Of a stretch of 64,000 nt of DNA, positions 27,448 through 37,599 are shown piece after piece. Both the position numbers and the translations under genes were made by a program. Within the stretch, counting starts at the first letter, position 1. Every line of letters begins with the position of its first letter. The stretch is from Chthonomonadales bacterium (GTDB taxonomy: Bacteria > Armatimonadota > Chthonomonadetes > Chthonomonadales > CAJBBX01): the NCBI GenBank assembly GCA_037443035.1, contig JBBIPC010000012.1, forward strand, positions 36,417 through 100,416, given 5' to 3'. A model generated the notes under the pieces. It saw only the letters and a program-made list of their open reading frames with translations, did no database searches and was not told the DNA's origin.

Positions 27448-28371
27448 TCAGAGCGTGTTTCGTTGAGAAGTTGCAGGCGGCCCCTGACGCGAGCTCGAGA
27501 AGGCATCTACTCGCGAGACGATCACCGCGTCCCGTGAAGCATGGCGTATCCGCACCGCGCTGCCCACGGGTATTGCCATCCCATCACTGCTGACCGCACG
27601 GAAGGTCTGGCGGCTCCCAGCGATGATGAGAGTGATCATTCCTGGACGTGAACCTTCGATGGGCGCTATCACTGTACCGCAGAGTCCCACCAGATCCGCG
27701 CGACGGGTGTGACTGGACGCCTGGGCAGCACCGAAGACTCGTACGATCAGCCAGCGCGCGTACCAATAAAGGAGGCTGCCACTGACACCGGCGCATGCCA
27801 TACTGGGCAGCACACCGGCCCCGGAGACACGGCTGAGGACGCCGCCGCCCCCAAAGCCGATGAGGAAGCTGCTAGCCATCGTGGGATTCAGGAATGCGAG
27901 CAGGTTGAAGTGCTGCCCATGACCGTGGTCCGTCGTATGGGCATGGTCCACGGCGCCGCCCATGTCGTGCCCAGGAGTGACATGCGTGGCTTCACCAGTT
28001 GCGACACCGCCATGTACCTGGCCAGGGACATCGCCTCCCGCATCGCCAAGGTCGGCGCTCCCACCGTCGGCATGACCGAAACCCATGGGGCCGTGATCGA
28101 GCTCCACGTGCCCGAAGTCGGAATGCCCCAGGTCAGCGGGTCCGGCATCCACATGTCCCACGTCCGCCTGGACCGAGTCCACGTGGCCGAAGTCGCCATG
28201 GCTCGCATCGAGCTGGCCGACATCGCCCACTGACGCGGCGTCGCCACCAGCGTCCAGCGCGTGATGGACACTGCCGATGACGTGCGATAGCCCTCCCAGT
28301 GCCAGGGTCAGTCCGATGTAGGACAGCCCTAGGAACAGTGCGAGCCAGTACAGAACATCCAGAGCGTACAC
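27448..28371 (-). CDS. NfeD/YuaF-like membrane protein with long His/Asp/Gly-rich linker
   Basis: TM, then D(F/V/L)GH repeats, more TMs and a C-terminal OB-fold-like region (LVG..GTV..PI); directly upstream of flotillin. Confidence 0.8.
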   Translation of the reverse strand: MYALDVLYWLALFLGLSYIGLTLALGGLSHVIGSVHHALDAGGDAASVGDVGQLDASHGDFGHVDSVQADVGHVDAGPADLGHSDFGHVELDHGPMGFGHADGGSADLGDAGGDVPGQVHGGVATGEATHVTPGHDMGGAVDHAHTTDHGHGQHFNLLAFLNPTMASSFLIGFGGGGVLSRVSGAGVLPSMACAGVSGSLLYWYARWLIVRVFGAAQASSHTRRADLVGLCGTVIAPIEGSRPGMITLIIAGSRQTFRAVSSDGMAIPVGSAVRIRHASRDAVIVSRVDAFSSSRQGPPATSQRNTL

Positions 28372-28410
28372 AATGTGCCTCTGTTGCGTAAGCCACGCCC
28401 ATTCTAGTAC

Positions 28411-28441
28411 AAACGACGGAAGACTGCAAGGGGAGGTTTCG
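28411..28441 (-). promoter_or_regulatory. Candidate SigW-type ECF promoter of the nfeD-flotillin operon
   Basis: Minus strand CGAAAC-N17-CGTCGTTT. Confidence 0.5.
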
Positions 28442-28448
28442 AGTACTC

Positions 28449-29420
28449 ATGGAACGCCCGATCCTTGGCGTTGACATTGGCGGTACGAAGTGCGCCGTCG
28501 CCCTGGGCACAGACCGTGGGCGCATCCTGCACCGCGAGCAGATGCTCACTTACGCAGAGAAGGGTCCGGAAGATATCATGCGCAGGCTTGTGGATCTGGC
28601 AGGGGCGTTCGCCGCTCGGCACGTGTGTGACGACACACGTCTGCGCGGGGTTGGCATCTCCTGCGGAGGACCGCTGGACACGCGAACCGGCCTTGTCTAC
28701 AATCCGCCGAACCTGCCTGGCTGGAACGGCATCCCGGTACGCACGATGTTCGAGCAGGCCTTCCGTGGCGTCCGCGTCGTGCTGGAGAACGACGCCAATG
28801 CGACCGCCCTAGCAGAATGGCGCTGGGGTGCCGGGCGTGGTGCGCGGAATATGGTCTATCTAACGCAAGGCACTGGCATCGGGGGTGGTCTCATTCTCGA
28901 TGGCCGTCTCTATCGCGGAACCAATGACCTAGCAGGAGAGGTAGGCCATCAGACAATCCTCCCGGACGGGCCACTCTGTGGTTGTGGGAAACGGGGCTGC
29001 CTCGAAGCGCTCGCGTCGGGCCCGGCAATCGCACGCTCTGCCCGGATGCGGCTGGAGCGTGGCGAGGCGAGTGCCCTGCTGCCGCCAGACAACGTCTCGC
29101 TGGAGGATCTCACGGGGCGGCATGTGGTGGATGCTGCTCGAGCCGGCGACCCACTTGCCAGGGATGTTCTGGCTGAGGCCGGAACTTACATGGGGATCGG
29201 ACTCGCAAATATCATCCAGATACTGAATCCCGAGCGAATCATCCTCGGCACTATCACGGTGCACGCTGGTGATCTCATCCTCGAACCCATCCGCCGCACC
29301 GTTGCGGAGCGGGCATGGGCGCGAGCCGTGAACGTCTGCACGATCGTTCCTGCCGCTCTCGGGGATCGAGCTCAGGACCTGGCTGCCATAGCCCTCATCG
29401 CCGCGGAGGAAGCTGTGTAG
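28449..29420 (+). CDS. ROK family sugar kinase (glucokinase-like)
   Basis: GVDIGGT, ENDANA, GTGIGGG, GEVGH and CGCGKRGCLE motifs. Confidence 0.95.
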   Translation: MERPILGVDIGGTKCAVALGTDRGRILHREQMLTYAEKGPEDIMRRLVDLAGAFAARHVCDDTRLRGVGISCGGPLDTRTGLVYNPPNLPGWNGIPVRTMFEQAFRGVRVVLENDANATALAEWRWGAGRGARNMVYLTQGTGIGGGLILDGRLYRGTNDLAGEVGHQTILPDGPLCGCGKRGCLEALASGPAIARSARMRLERGEASALLPPDNVSLEDLTGRHVVDAARAGDPLARDVLAEAGTYMGIGLANIIQILNPERIILGTITVHAGDLILEPIRRTVAERAWARAVNVCTIVPAALGDRAQDLAAIALIAAEEAV

Positions 29421-29421
29421 A

Positions 29422-30747
29422 TCACCGCCGCCGCATCATCCGCTCGATGGAGGGTATATCGCTTGGCAGCGCAGCGCTCAGTCGCTCGACGCCAGCTTCC
29501 GTGATCAAGTAATCGTCCTCGATGCGAACACCGATGTGCTCCGACGCGATGTACAGCCCTGGCTCGATGGTGATGACACTTCCCACCGGAATGGGTCCCG
29601 ACATCGCCCCGACGTCGTGCACATCCATGCCTAGCCAGTGTCCGATGCCGTGGTTGAAGAACCGATCCATGGTGCGCATCTCGCCTGAGCCATCAGCCGC
29701 CCGAAGGGGGCTCTGTAGAAACTGATCCCGGGCGAACCGCTGGAGGTCGGACCAAGTTGTCTTTCCAGGCTGGATGTGGCGCTCGCACGCCTGTTGGACC
29801 TGCCGGACTAGTTCGTAGATTGCCCTCGCTCGAGGCGTGAATCGTCCGCCCACAGGAAAGGTACGGGTGAGATCTGCCGTATAGTAGTTGATCTCAGCAC
29901 CGATGTCCACGACCACAGTCTCGCCTTTCTCCATGGGGCGGTTCGTCGGATCGTTGTGGAGGATGATGGAATTGGGGCCGGAGCCAATGACGGCCGGGAA
30001 ACCTTCGCGAGGCGCTCCCGCTTCACGGAAGCCAGCCAGAATCTGTCCCTCTACCGTCAATTCCGTCACGCCAGCCCGAATGGACGGCGCTGCTCGTTCG
30101 AAGCCCCTGACCGTCGCACCAACGGCAGCGCGCAGATTCGCAATCTCACCCGGTGATTTCTTCACACGGAGATCGGCCAGCAGCGGCAAGAGCGGGCGAA
30201 GAGTGGCGCTGGGATTGATGCTGCGGACCCGATCCGCGAGCGTGGTGCTGGTTCCGAAACGTTCACGACCAACCGCACCACCCTGGACGTAGACCGTCTC
30301 AGCGCGCTCCAGCGATGGCCTCAGCTTCTCCCACATGTCTCGCTGGTCGAGTACCGATTCCACCCCGGTCTGGTTCCTCACATCTTCCGGGTTGAAGCTG
30401 CTACCCCATCCGCGCCGGAGGAACACAGCGCACGGAACCCCGAGCGGATCCCCCTCGGGCAGCAACGCGACGACTGCCCCAGGGATCTCTACGCCCGTCA
30501 GGTAGACCACGGCATTGTCGGCACGATACCGCTCGCGGTCGCTCTGTTCGTCGGAGGCAGCGATGAGCACCACTGCGCCATGCGCGGCCTGCCGAAGGTT
30601 CTGCCGGCGCGCCGCGAACTCCTCGAGCGACTGTCCTAGGAGCGTTCGCGGCGGGGCTGCGTGGCACAAAAGTGCCAGGCTCGCCACCGGAGCAAGGGCG
30701 CCTAGAAGTGCTCTCCACGCCAAGCCCGAGCGTCTCAGGCCGTGCAT
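29422..30747 (-). CDS. Xaa-Pro aminopeptidase (M24B) with N-terminal signal peptide
   Basis: [33 protein letters not shown] and GVRIEDD motifs. Confidence 0.92.
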   Translation of the reverse strand: MHGLRRSGLAWRALLGALAPVASLALLCHAAPPRTLLGQSLEEFAARRQNLRQAAHGAVVLIAASDEQSDRERYRADNAVVYLTGVEIPGAVVALLPEGDPLGVPCAVFLRRGWGSSFNPEDVRNQTGVESVLDQRDMWEKLRPSLERAETVYVQGGAVGRERFGTSTTLADRVRSINPSATLRPLLPLLADLRVKKSPGEIANLRAAVGATVRGFERAAPSIRAGVTELTVEGQILAGFREAGAPREGFPAVIGSGPNSIILHNDPTNRPMEKGETVVVDIGAEINYYTADLTRTFPVGGRFTPRARAIYELVRQVQQACERHIQPGKTTWSDLQRFARDQFLQSPLRAADGSGEMRTMDRFFNHGIGHWLGMDVHDVGAMSGPIPVGSVITIEPGLYIASEHIGVRIEDDYLITEAGVERLSAALPSDIPSIERMMRRR

Positions 30748-31529
30748 TGCGCTACACCTCCATCCACCAGGAGCGACACGCCAGTGATGTAAGAGGCTCG
30801 CTCCGATGCTAGGAACGCCACGGCGCTGGCGATCTCACCCGGGTCAGCAAGACGGCGTACTGGCACCGCCATGGCGCGTCGTTCCAGGGCCTCGTCCATG
30901 CTAATCCCCTGCCCTTCTGCCTGAAGCTTCGCCAGTTGTCGTGCGCGGTCCGTCAGCGTGTGTCCCGGAAGCACAGCATTGACGAGAACGCCATATGGAG
31001 CCAGTTGATTGGATTGCGTGCGAGTGAGCGCGGAAAGCCCAGCCCGGAGCGTCGTCGAGATCGTCAGTTCATCCGACGGCTGCCTGGCCACCAGCGAGGT
31101 GAGGTGGATAATCCGCCCCCATCGGCGTCGCTGCATGTCGGGGATCACTAGCCTACAGAGCCGGACGACATTCATGACCGTGCTCTGGAAGCCAGCCTCC
31201 CACTGGGCATCGGACAACTCCATGAACCTTGCGGCAGGCGGTCCCCCGGTGTTCGTGACAAGGATATCCACAGGGCCGAACGTTTCCACTGTAGTGCGGT
31301 GCCATCGCTCCAAGTCCTCTGCCTTGCTCACGTCGCATGTGCACGCATGAACGCGGCCCAATCCGGCTACTGCTTCGAGCTCCGCTCGGGCTCCTTCCAG
31401 GGCATCCTCGCCTCGAGCGCACACGGACACCCTGCACCCCTCCGTGGCTAGCTCGCGAGCCACCGCTAGGCCGATGCCCTTGCTTGCGGCTGCCACCATG
31501 GCCACCCTATCATGAATGCCGAGGTCCAT
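30735..31529 (-). CDS. SDR family oxidoreductase
   Basis: [29 protein letters not shown] and YITG..L.VDGG motifs; the ORF-track N-terminal extension overlaps dsbA and was discarded. Confidence 0.92.
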   Translation of the reverse strand: MDLGIHDRVAMVAAASKGIGLAVARELATEGCRVSVCARGEDALEGARAELEAVAGLGRVHACTCDVSKAEDLERWHRTTVETFGPVDILVTNTGGPPAARFMELSDAQWEAGFQSTVMNVVRLCRLVIPDMQRRRWGRIIHLTSLVARQPSDELTISTTLRAGLSALTRTQSNQLAPYGVLVNAVLPGHTLTDRARQLAKLQAEGQGISMDEALERRAMAVPVRRLADPGEIASAVAFLASERASYITGVSLLVDGGVAQCTA

Positions 31530-31531
31530 TC

Positions 31532-32230
31532 CTACTTGATGTTCCCCGGTTTCTCGCACCAGTTGAGAAGATCCCGAAGCGCTCCCACACGTATCGTCTT
31601 GCCGTCCGGAGGGATAATGTAGAACGTCGGCGTAACCTGGACGTTGGCACCTGCTGCCGCCTTGCTGGACCGCTCTAGTCCCTTGGCGATCTTGGGGTCC
31701 TTCAGGTCCGCCCCGAAGCGCAGCATGTCCAGCCCAATCTCCCGCGCCAACCCCTCGATGATGGCCAGAGCATCTTCCTCGGGTACGCCCTGGAACAGCC
31801 TCTGGTTCTTGAACAGCCGCTCGTGCATCTCCCAGAACTTGCCCTGGGCGCCCGCTGCTTCCGCCGCCTGGGCCATGAGCATGGTGTTCTGATGGGTGCG
31901 CTGTATCTCGATACCATGGAAGACGAAGCAGAACTTCCCCTTGTGTTTCTGCAGGAGCTTCTTCACTTCCTCGACTGACGTTGCACACAGGGGACACTGG
32001 TAGTCGGCGAACTCCACCAGCAGGTAAGGGGCTTTCGGGTCGCCCTTGTACCAGGAGCCCTCGGGAAAGAGGTCCTGTCGCGTGACTTTTTCCTTCACCG
32101 GATCCTGGATGACGACAGGACCGGCAGGACGGCGACGCGCTTCGACAAACGAGGGGTAGATCGCGATGCCGGCCAGGATCACCGCCACGACCAGCACGCC
32201 GATGAATAACTTGATCTCGCCAGAGTTCAT
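31532..32230 (-). CDS. Membrane-anchored DsbA-family thiol-disulfide oxidoreductase
   Basis: N-terminal [20 protein letters not shown] and VTPTF (cis-Pro) motifs. Confidence 0.9.
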   Translation of the reverse strand: MNSGEIKLFIGVLVVAVILAGIAIYPSFVEARRRPAGPVVIQDPVKEKVTRQDLFPEGSWYKGDPKAPYLLVEFADYQCPLCATSVEEVKKLLQKHKGKFCFVFHGIEIQRTHQNTMLMAQAAEAAGAQGKFWEMHERLFKNQRLFQGVPEEDALAIIEGLAREIGLDMLRFGADLKDPKIAKGLERSSKAAAGANVQVTPTFYIIPPDGKTIRVGALRDLLNWCEKPGNIK

Positions 32231-32697
32231 GGAGCTTCGGTCTCCGATCGGACAGGTTTCGTCAGCAAGAGCGTCGGTAGCATGAGCACGGTCACCAGCG
32301 ACGACGCGATGCACCATTGGCACCACGCACGGATTACAAACGCTTCCAGATACGTCAAGTAGGCAAAGACAAGTACCGCGAGCAGTACCAGTATGAGTTG
32401 TATTCTCGCCGCCAAACTCGCAGCATGTTTGCCTGCCGCGGCAGCGCGCACGAAGCTGAGCGCGGCCAAGGTTAGGTAATTGAGCACTCCGAATAGGGCC
32501 GTCGGCACGTACTCCAAGCCTGGTATGCCGAATCCGCGGGAACTAGGATGTGCTGCCACCTCCTCGCACCCGCGTATCTCCCCGCAGGTGAGCGAGAGAT
32601 AGTTCCAGTGAGCTAGTGTCAGGTAGAGCGCGATCGCCGCACCCAGAAGCGCTAGGAGGAACATGATGCGATTAGCGGTTGTCTCCGACAATCTCAC
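32227..32697 (-). CDS. Vitamin K epoxide reductase (VKOR) family protein
   Basis: Four TMs; C-x5-C loop pair, [12 protein letters not shown]. Confidence 0.92.
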   Translation of the reverse strand: MRLSETTANRIMFLLALLGAAIALYLTLAHWNYLSLTCGEIRGCEEVAAHPSSRGFGIPGLEYVPTALFGVLNYLTLAALSFVRAAAAGKHAASLAARIQLILVLLAVLVFAYLTYLEAFVIRAWCQWCIASSLVTVLMLPTLLLTKPVRSETEAP

Positions 32698-32742
32698 AGA
32701 AGAACCAGTATACCGTCCCGCGATGCGCCTCGCCGCCTGATG

Positions 32743-33663
32743 TCACGAGGAGCCGCGGCCGGATTCCTTCCTCTCTGGCGGGGTTGGACGCTCGGCTGGA
32801 CTGGCCGAGGGTCCCTCGTTTTCCTCCACAGGCATGGAGTACACGCCTTTCTTCAGCCGGATACCCTCTTTGCCTTCTCGCGTGAACACCTCCACATCCT
32901 CGGGCGACTCCCCTTTCCGCCCCTTCGTATCCTCCAGTTTCACAGGACCTTTGAGCACGACGCGTTCCTCTCGCCCGAACCACTCGGCTCGTTCGGCCAG
33001 CAAAGTACGCGTGTAGTCCTTGAGCTTCTGGACCGCACGGAAGTTGCCTGTGAGGACTGCGTGCCGCTTGTCCCGAGCATACTCGTATTCCACACGATCG
33101 CAGGTGACCTCGATGGGATAGTCCCGAAGGTGAGCAGAGTCTTCCGACGCATCGCCCGAACCAGCTACCGTCTGGCTGTCCGTCGCGGTTGATTTCGAGA
33201 ACGCACCACCTTGGCCCGCGTTCTCCTTACCCGCACTGGTGGCTTCCCCACTCTTCTTAGGCTTCAAGGTCAGCTTCACATTGCCAGTGAGAACCATCAA
33301 GCGCTTGTCCCGCTGGTACTCGATGTCCACCCGATCGGCAGTTCCCTCGGTCCTGTCATCGGACATGTGCAGGTTCCCGGTCGCATGCGCGATCTTCGTC
33401 TTGTCGTTCCACGCGAAGCGGTCGGCACGGATCACCGTGTCCTGGTCCGAAGTTGCCACCACCATAGTCGCTTCGCCCTCCCCAGTGGCGTCGTTGTGGA
33501 CCAACTCGTCAAAGGTAATCTTCCACGGACGACTCCGAGAGGTCTCTTGCGCGGGCGGTGCCGATGCGGTTTTCGTGCCATTCCCAGACTGGCGCGCGCC
33601 GGCCCATGGCAGCAATGCCGTTGCCGCGAGTACGACCCACGCTATGAAGAAAGACGCTCGCAT
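32743..33663 (-). CDS. LptA/OstA-like beta-jellyroll protein
   Basis: Signal peptide; repeated (A/C)DR.....A.LTGN(V/F) strands; adjacent to LptC-like gene. Confidence 0.7.
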   Translation of the reverse strand: MRASFFIAWVVLAATALLPWAGARQSGNGTKTASAPPAQETSRSRPWKITFDELVHNDATGEGEATMVVATSDQDTVIRADRFAWNDKTKIAHATGNLHMSDDRTEGTADRVDIEYQRDKRLMVLTGNVKLTLKPKKSGEATSAGKENAGQGGAFSKSTATDSQTVAGSGDASEDSAHLRDYPIEVTCDRVEYEYARDKRHAVLTGNFRAVQKLKDYTRTLLAERAEWFGREERVVLKGPVKLEDTKGRKGESPEDVEVFTREGKEGIRLKKGVYSMPVEENEGPSASPAERPTPPERKESGRGSS

Positions 33664-33697
33664 CCTTGATGGCTTACGCTCGGTGGCTTGGTCATGT

Positions 33698-34456
33698 CTA
33701 CTGGGAATCCATACGGAGTTCCAGCGCCCCCTTGTTCACGTGAATGGTCCGCGCGCGCAGATCCAGCTCGGCCCGCTCCGCAACGAACTCGATGTCACCT
33801 CGAGTACCCGTGACCGGACCGGAGCACTGAATGCGCTTGTCTTCCACATCCCAGACCAGCGTTGCCGCCCTGACTGTCTGCCTGCGGAAGCTCGCCACTG
33901 CACCCCGTGGACACTGGACAACACGCAGCCGCGTAGAGAAGAGCATTTCAGGAGCAGTCAACGTATCGCCATTCAAGACCGCCTTCGCACCGTGGGGGAA
34001 CCGCGCGAACTCGTCCTGCTCGGTCCAGACGCACTCCTCGCTCTCGAATCTCTCCCCCTCGGGCGTTTCCAGCTCGATGTGCCCCGCCACCTCGAGCCGT
34101 CGCGGAACGCGTTCGTACGTCGCCCGATCCGCAGCGAAGGTGGCTCGCGCCCGACCGCCGCTGAAGAAGACTCCCTGTTTCACTCCGTCGAACACAGCCG
34201 TGTGGTATTCCGTCAGATCGGCCTCTGGAGATCGTCGGAGGTCTATACGGCCGACATGCACAGTCCATTGGGTTACTCCGCGAAGCCGGCACGTCATCCA
34301 TGCTTCTTCGGCGCTCAGCGCACTGTCCTCCATTTCAACCTGAGCGCTCACCGCGGCAGGATCGTAACGGCGCACGACCTGGAAAACGACTAGCAGCACG
34401 CCCAGCACCGTGAGCGCTGTGACAACCGCCAACGCGCGGCGTGCCGCTGTCAGCAC
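33698..34456 (-). CDS. LptC-like LPS export protein
   Basis: N-terminal TM anchor; ADRATY, LVWD..DKRI...GPV jellyroll repeats. Confidence 0.65.
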   Translation of the reverse strand: MLTAARRALAVVTALTVLGVLLVVFQVVRRYDPAAVSAQVEMEDSALSAEEAWMTCRLRGVTQWTVHVGRIDLRRSPEADLTEYHTAVFDGVKQGVFFSGGRARATFAADRATYERVPRRLEVAGHIELETPEGERFESEECVWTEQDEFARFPHGAKAVLNGDTLTAPEMLFSTRLRVVQCPRGAVASFRRQTVRAATLVWDVEDKRIQCSGPVTGTRGDIEFVAERAELDLRARTIHVNKGALELRMDSQ

Positions 34457-34570
34457 GTGTCAGGTCTCCTGCCGCCACGATACGGCGATCCAGAAGGCAA
34501 GGGATGTTCGAGAAACCAGCCCCCTCGCCCGGCGGTCGCTCTTGCGAAGGGGCTGGACAACAAGCGGAGA

Positions 34571-35113
34571 TTACCGCGGGCAACCACCTGCCGGTGGCGG
34601 AGGCGGACTGGAGTTGGGGAACACGTACAGGACACCGATATAACGGTCACCCGCTGTGACGCCTGTTCCGATAAGACACTTACCCGTACCGGCCTTGTTC
34701 GGCAGGTCGAAATCGTAGATACGGCCCTCGTACCGAACCATGGAGGTCGCGTACTCCGCCGGAGAAGGACTGACTTCGAGTTGGGTGCCATTCGTTGCCG
34801 GCGCGAACTTGAACGAGCCATCGGCAAGGCTGGTCGTCCGCTTCAGCTCATTGCCGGCATTGTCGCGCAAGATGACCTCGACCCCCGCTGCAGGGTTCGA
34901 TGTGAGATCGACCATCACCTTGCCGCAGACGACTGGCGTCGTCGAACCCTCCGGGCTTCCACATGGGCCAAGTGTGCCACCGCCGCCACCACCGCCGTTG
35001 CCACCACCTCCCCCACCGCATCCTACCAACGCAGCGGCAACGCCGATGAGCCCCACGGCCATGTAGATAGCGCCTCTACCGCTACCATGGCCGGACCATG
35101 TCCTACGAGTCAT
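34571..35113 (-). CDS. Lipoprotein with poly-Gly tether and prealbumin/carboxypeptidase-regulatory-like domain
   Basis: AGGAGG SD; lipobox LVG|C followed by GGGGGGNGGGGGG; C-terminal PPPPP. Confidence 0.75.
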   Translation of the reverse strand: MTRRTWSGHGSGRGAIYMAVGLIGVAAALVGCGGGGGGNGGGGGGGTLGPCGSPEGSTTPVVCGKVMVDLTSNPAAGVEVILRDNAGNELKRTTSLADGSFKFAPATNGTQLEVSPSPAEYATSMVRYEGRIYDFDLPNKAGTGKCLIGTGVTAGDRYIGVLYVFPNSSPPPPPAGGCPR

Positions 35114-35251
35114 AAAGGTTCCTCCTGATGGTCGCGAACCTGCCGGCGGGACCACGCGGGCGACCCGCTCTTCTGGACCGACATTATACATATCTCGCGC
35201 GCAGAACGCAAGCCGTCTACAACCGGAAGTACCCAGCGCAAGCGTTCTGAG

Positions 35252-36229
35252 TTACCTTCGGCAGACCGACCTGCTCAGCTCGTACACCGTGTCGAACGCG
35301 AACAGCAGTTCTTGAATGCTGCAGTGCTCCTGCACGAAGTGACTTGTACAGAAGATCAAGCCTCCGTCTGCGCCGAGCCTGAGGACCCGCTCGATCTCGG
35401 CACGCAAATAGTCCAGCTTGCCGAAGCCGATGGTCGTTTGGACGTCCAGACCGCCCATGACGGTGAACTGGGACCGCCACCGTTCGTGGTGTTCCGCCAG
35501 GCTCATGCCAGCCGATTCCTGCCAGGGGTGCACGACGTCGTATCCCAGCTCGACAATTCCCTCGATGACGGCGCTGATGTTGCCGTCGCTGTGGAGGCTG
35601 AGATATGCATTTCGAGACTTCACTGCCTGGCAGGTAACCAAGTGTGCGGGGTATATGAGCTGTCGCCACGTCCGGGGAGAGAACAGAAGGCCGTTCTGCG
35701 ATCCCCAGTCGTCGGATACATGCACCATGTCCACGCCGAGGTCGAGGCAGTTCATTGCGAAGCGTCGATTCCATTTGGCCTGCCGAGCATAGACTTCGGC
35801 GAGTTCCTCAGGATACAGGCCGAGCCACGTCAGGTGGTTCTCGATACCGAACACACCATTGAGACATTCGAAGATGCCGGGCGTCTGAACGTACACGAAA
35901 CGGCCCCGCTGTCTCTGATGGTGCTCGATACCTGCCACGATGTCGGCATAGGCCGTCATGTCGTCTGGGTCCGTCATGGGCAAGCTCAGCGCTGCCTTCG
36001 GCTCGATGGGTCCTCGAGCGAGAGCTTGCTCTAGCGCGCTCTGGACATAGGGCTGCGGGCCGCCGAAGAGGTGAGCCAGATCGAACTCGTAGTGATCCTC
36101 GAAGGCGTCGCAGGACCCAAAGGCCTCACGAATAGGCTCATCCAGATTGGCCCGAACCCAGCCGTAGATAGGCACCCTGTCCGGCTTGCCCCCATCTATG
36201 ACGTGCTGGACTCGTTCTCTCGAGGTCAT
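35252..36229 (-). CDS. Uroporphyrinogen decarboxylase/MtaA-CmuA superfamily protein
   Basis: MTSRERV...PDRVP, SDDWGSQ, LHSDGN and MGGLDVQ motifs. Confidence 0.88.
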   Translation of the reverse strand: MTSRERVQHVIDGGKPDRVPIYGWVRANLDEPIREAFGSCDAFEDHYEFDLAHLFGGPQPYVQSALEQALARGPIEPKAALSLPMTDPDDMTAYADIVAGIEHHQRQRGRFVYVQTPGIFECLNGVFGIENHLTWLGLYPEELAEVYARQAKWNRRFAMNCLDLGVDMVHVSDDWGSQNGLLFSPRTWRQLIYPAHLVTCQAVKSRNAYLSLHSDGNISAVIEGIVELGYDVVHPWQESAGMSLAEHHERWRSQFTVMGGLDVQTTIGFGKLDYLRAEIERVLRLGADGGLIFCTSHFVQEHCSIQELLFAFDTVYELSRSVCRR

Positions 36230-36239
36230 CGAGCTTCCC

Positions 36240-37457
36240 TCATGCTTCCGCAGCCGCCTCGTACATGGCGATGATCTTCTCTGGGGGCACTTCGGCCAGA
36301 AGGTTGTGGATATTGCAGAAGACGTAACCTCCACCCTGCTTCAAAGTCCGGACTACCTCGCGAACCTCGCGCCGCACGTCGTCCAACGTGCCGTGCGGTA
36401 ACGTGTGTTGTGTATCCAGACCACCGCCCCAAAGAGCGAGCCTGCCCGCCACGCGCTCCTTCCATTCCTTGTAACTATGTCCCCCTGCCGGCCATTGGAC
36501 GGGGTTCAGAATGTCGAAGCCGCTCTCTGCGATCAAGTCTAGGATGTCGTAGATGGCCCCACAGTTGTGCATGAAGATCTTGACTTCGGGGAGGATACTG
36601 TGGATGACGTCGTTGAGCCGCTTGTAGTAGGGCAGGAACAGATCTCGATAGGTTGCGCGAGAGGCGATCAGAGTGTTCTGAGTGCCCCAATCGTCAGCAG
36701 TGGTCATGATGATGTCCACACAGCCGCGGATCTCTGGTAAGAGAGCCCGGACATTGTAGATGGCGTGCTCGATGGTCATGTCGTGCAGCTCATGAACGTA
36801 ATCCGGCTCTAGCTTGCAGATGATGGGGAAGATGCCGATCCCGCAGTGCCCCCCGATACCGATGCCAGCACTGCAGTAGTCGGTGAAGAACACAGCCCGA
36901 TCCGTAGACGCGCGCACGCGCTGGGCGAGCTCGGCCGTTCGTCGAACCTGTTCGTCGGTGATGCGCGCGGCGTCCAGGCGCTTGCGATGCTCTTTCAGGT
37001 CCAGAAGCGGCAGATGTTGGTCCAGATCGAGCAGAGGCTGCCCGCTGTGATCGGCGTTGAAGACGTAGGACGTCGGCGGCATCCGAGTGCTTTTCCACTG
37101 GACAAGGGTGCCGTCAGGCTCCCGCTCGAATGCTTCTGGATGCTGTACTCGCGCGGGCAAACGTCCGCCGAAATCGTACTCGTGCCACTTCGCCGGCTCT
37201 TCGAACGCATTCGTCACGCCACCATCTATCGTAACGATATCGCATCCCAACGCATCCAGGACATCCAGATCCGGCAAGGCCAGCATCTGACCGGTATCAT
37301 GAACGCGTGGTCGCCGCGGCGGTAGACCGAGCGCATCCACCAGCCGTGGGTACGCGAACGCACTGATACCTGTGGACTTCATTGCGCCAAGATCACGAGG
37401 CACCATGCTGGTCTCGCTGAACGACAGGGATGCTAGTACGCGGTCGCGAGGCGTCAT
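36240..37457 (-). CDS. Uroporphyrinogen decarboxylase/MtaA-CmuA superfamily protein
   Basis: MTPRDRV, ADDWGTQ, MHNCG, DILNPVQ, WGGGLDTQ and GGGYVFCNIHN motifs. Confidence 0.9.
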   Translation of the reverse strand: MTPRDRVLASLSFSETSMVPRDLGAMKSTGISAFAYPRLVDALGLPPRRPRVHDTGQMLALPDLDVLDALGCDIVTIDGGVTNAFEEPAKWHEYDFGGRLPARVQHPEAFEREPDGTLVQWKSTRMPPTSYVFNADHSGQPLLDLDQHLPLLDLKEHRKRLDAARITDEQVRRTAELAQRVRASTDRAVFFTDYCSAGIGIGGHCGIGIFPIICKLEPDYVHELHDMTIEHAIYNVRALLPEIRGCVDIIMTTADDWGTQNTLIASRATYRDLFLPYYKRLNDVIHSILPEVKIFMHNCGAIYDILDLIAESGFDILNPVQWPAGGHSYKEWKERVAGRLALWGGGLDTQHTLPHGTLDDVRREVREVVRTLKQGGGYVFCNIHNLLAEVPPEKIIAMYEAAAEA

Positions 37458-37599
37458 GCCGTTCCTCCCAGGGTCTTACCATAGCAGCCGGATCAGTGTA
37501 CCCGGGTCATCATGAGCCGGAAACGGCCACATCACTCGTGCAGTATAATCATCTGTATTCGGGATCCTGACGCTTCACCCTCGGGACCTAGGAGGATGG

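Noticed and set aside
31530..31997. Apparent 156-aa N-terminal extension of the SDR
   Set aside because: Alternative frame inside dsbA; the SDR fold starts at ATG 31529, so this is not a fusion.
33239..34393. 384-aa + strand ORF
   Set aside because: Antisense to the lptA/lptC-like genes.
34975..35020. GGC/GGT trinucleotide run
   Set aside because: Encodes the poly-Gly lipoprotein tether with mixed codons; not a contingency repeat.
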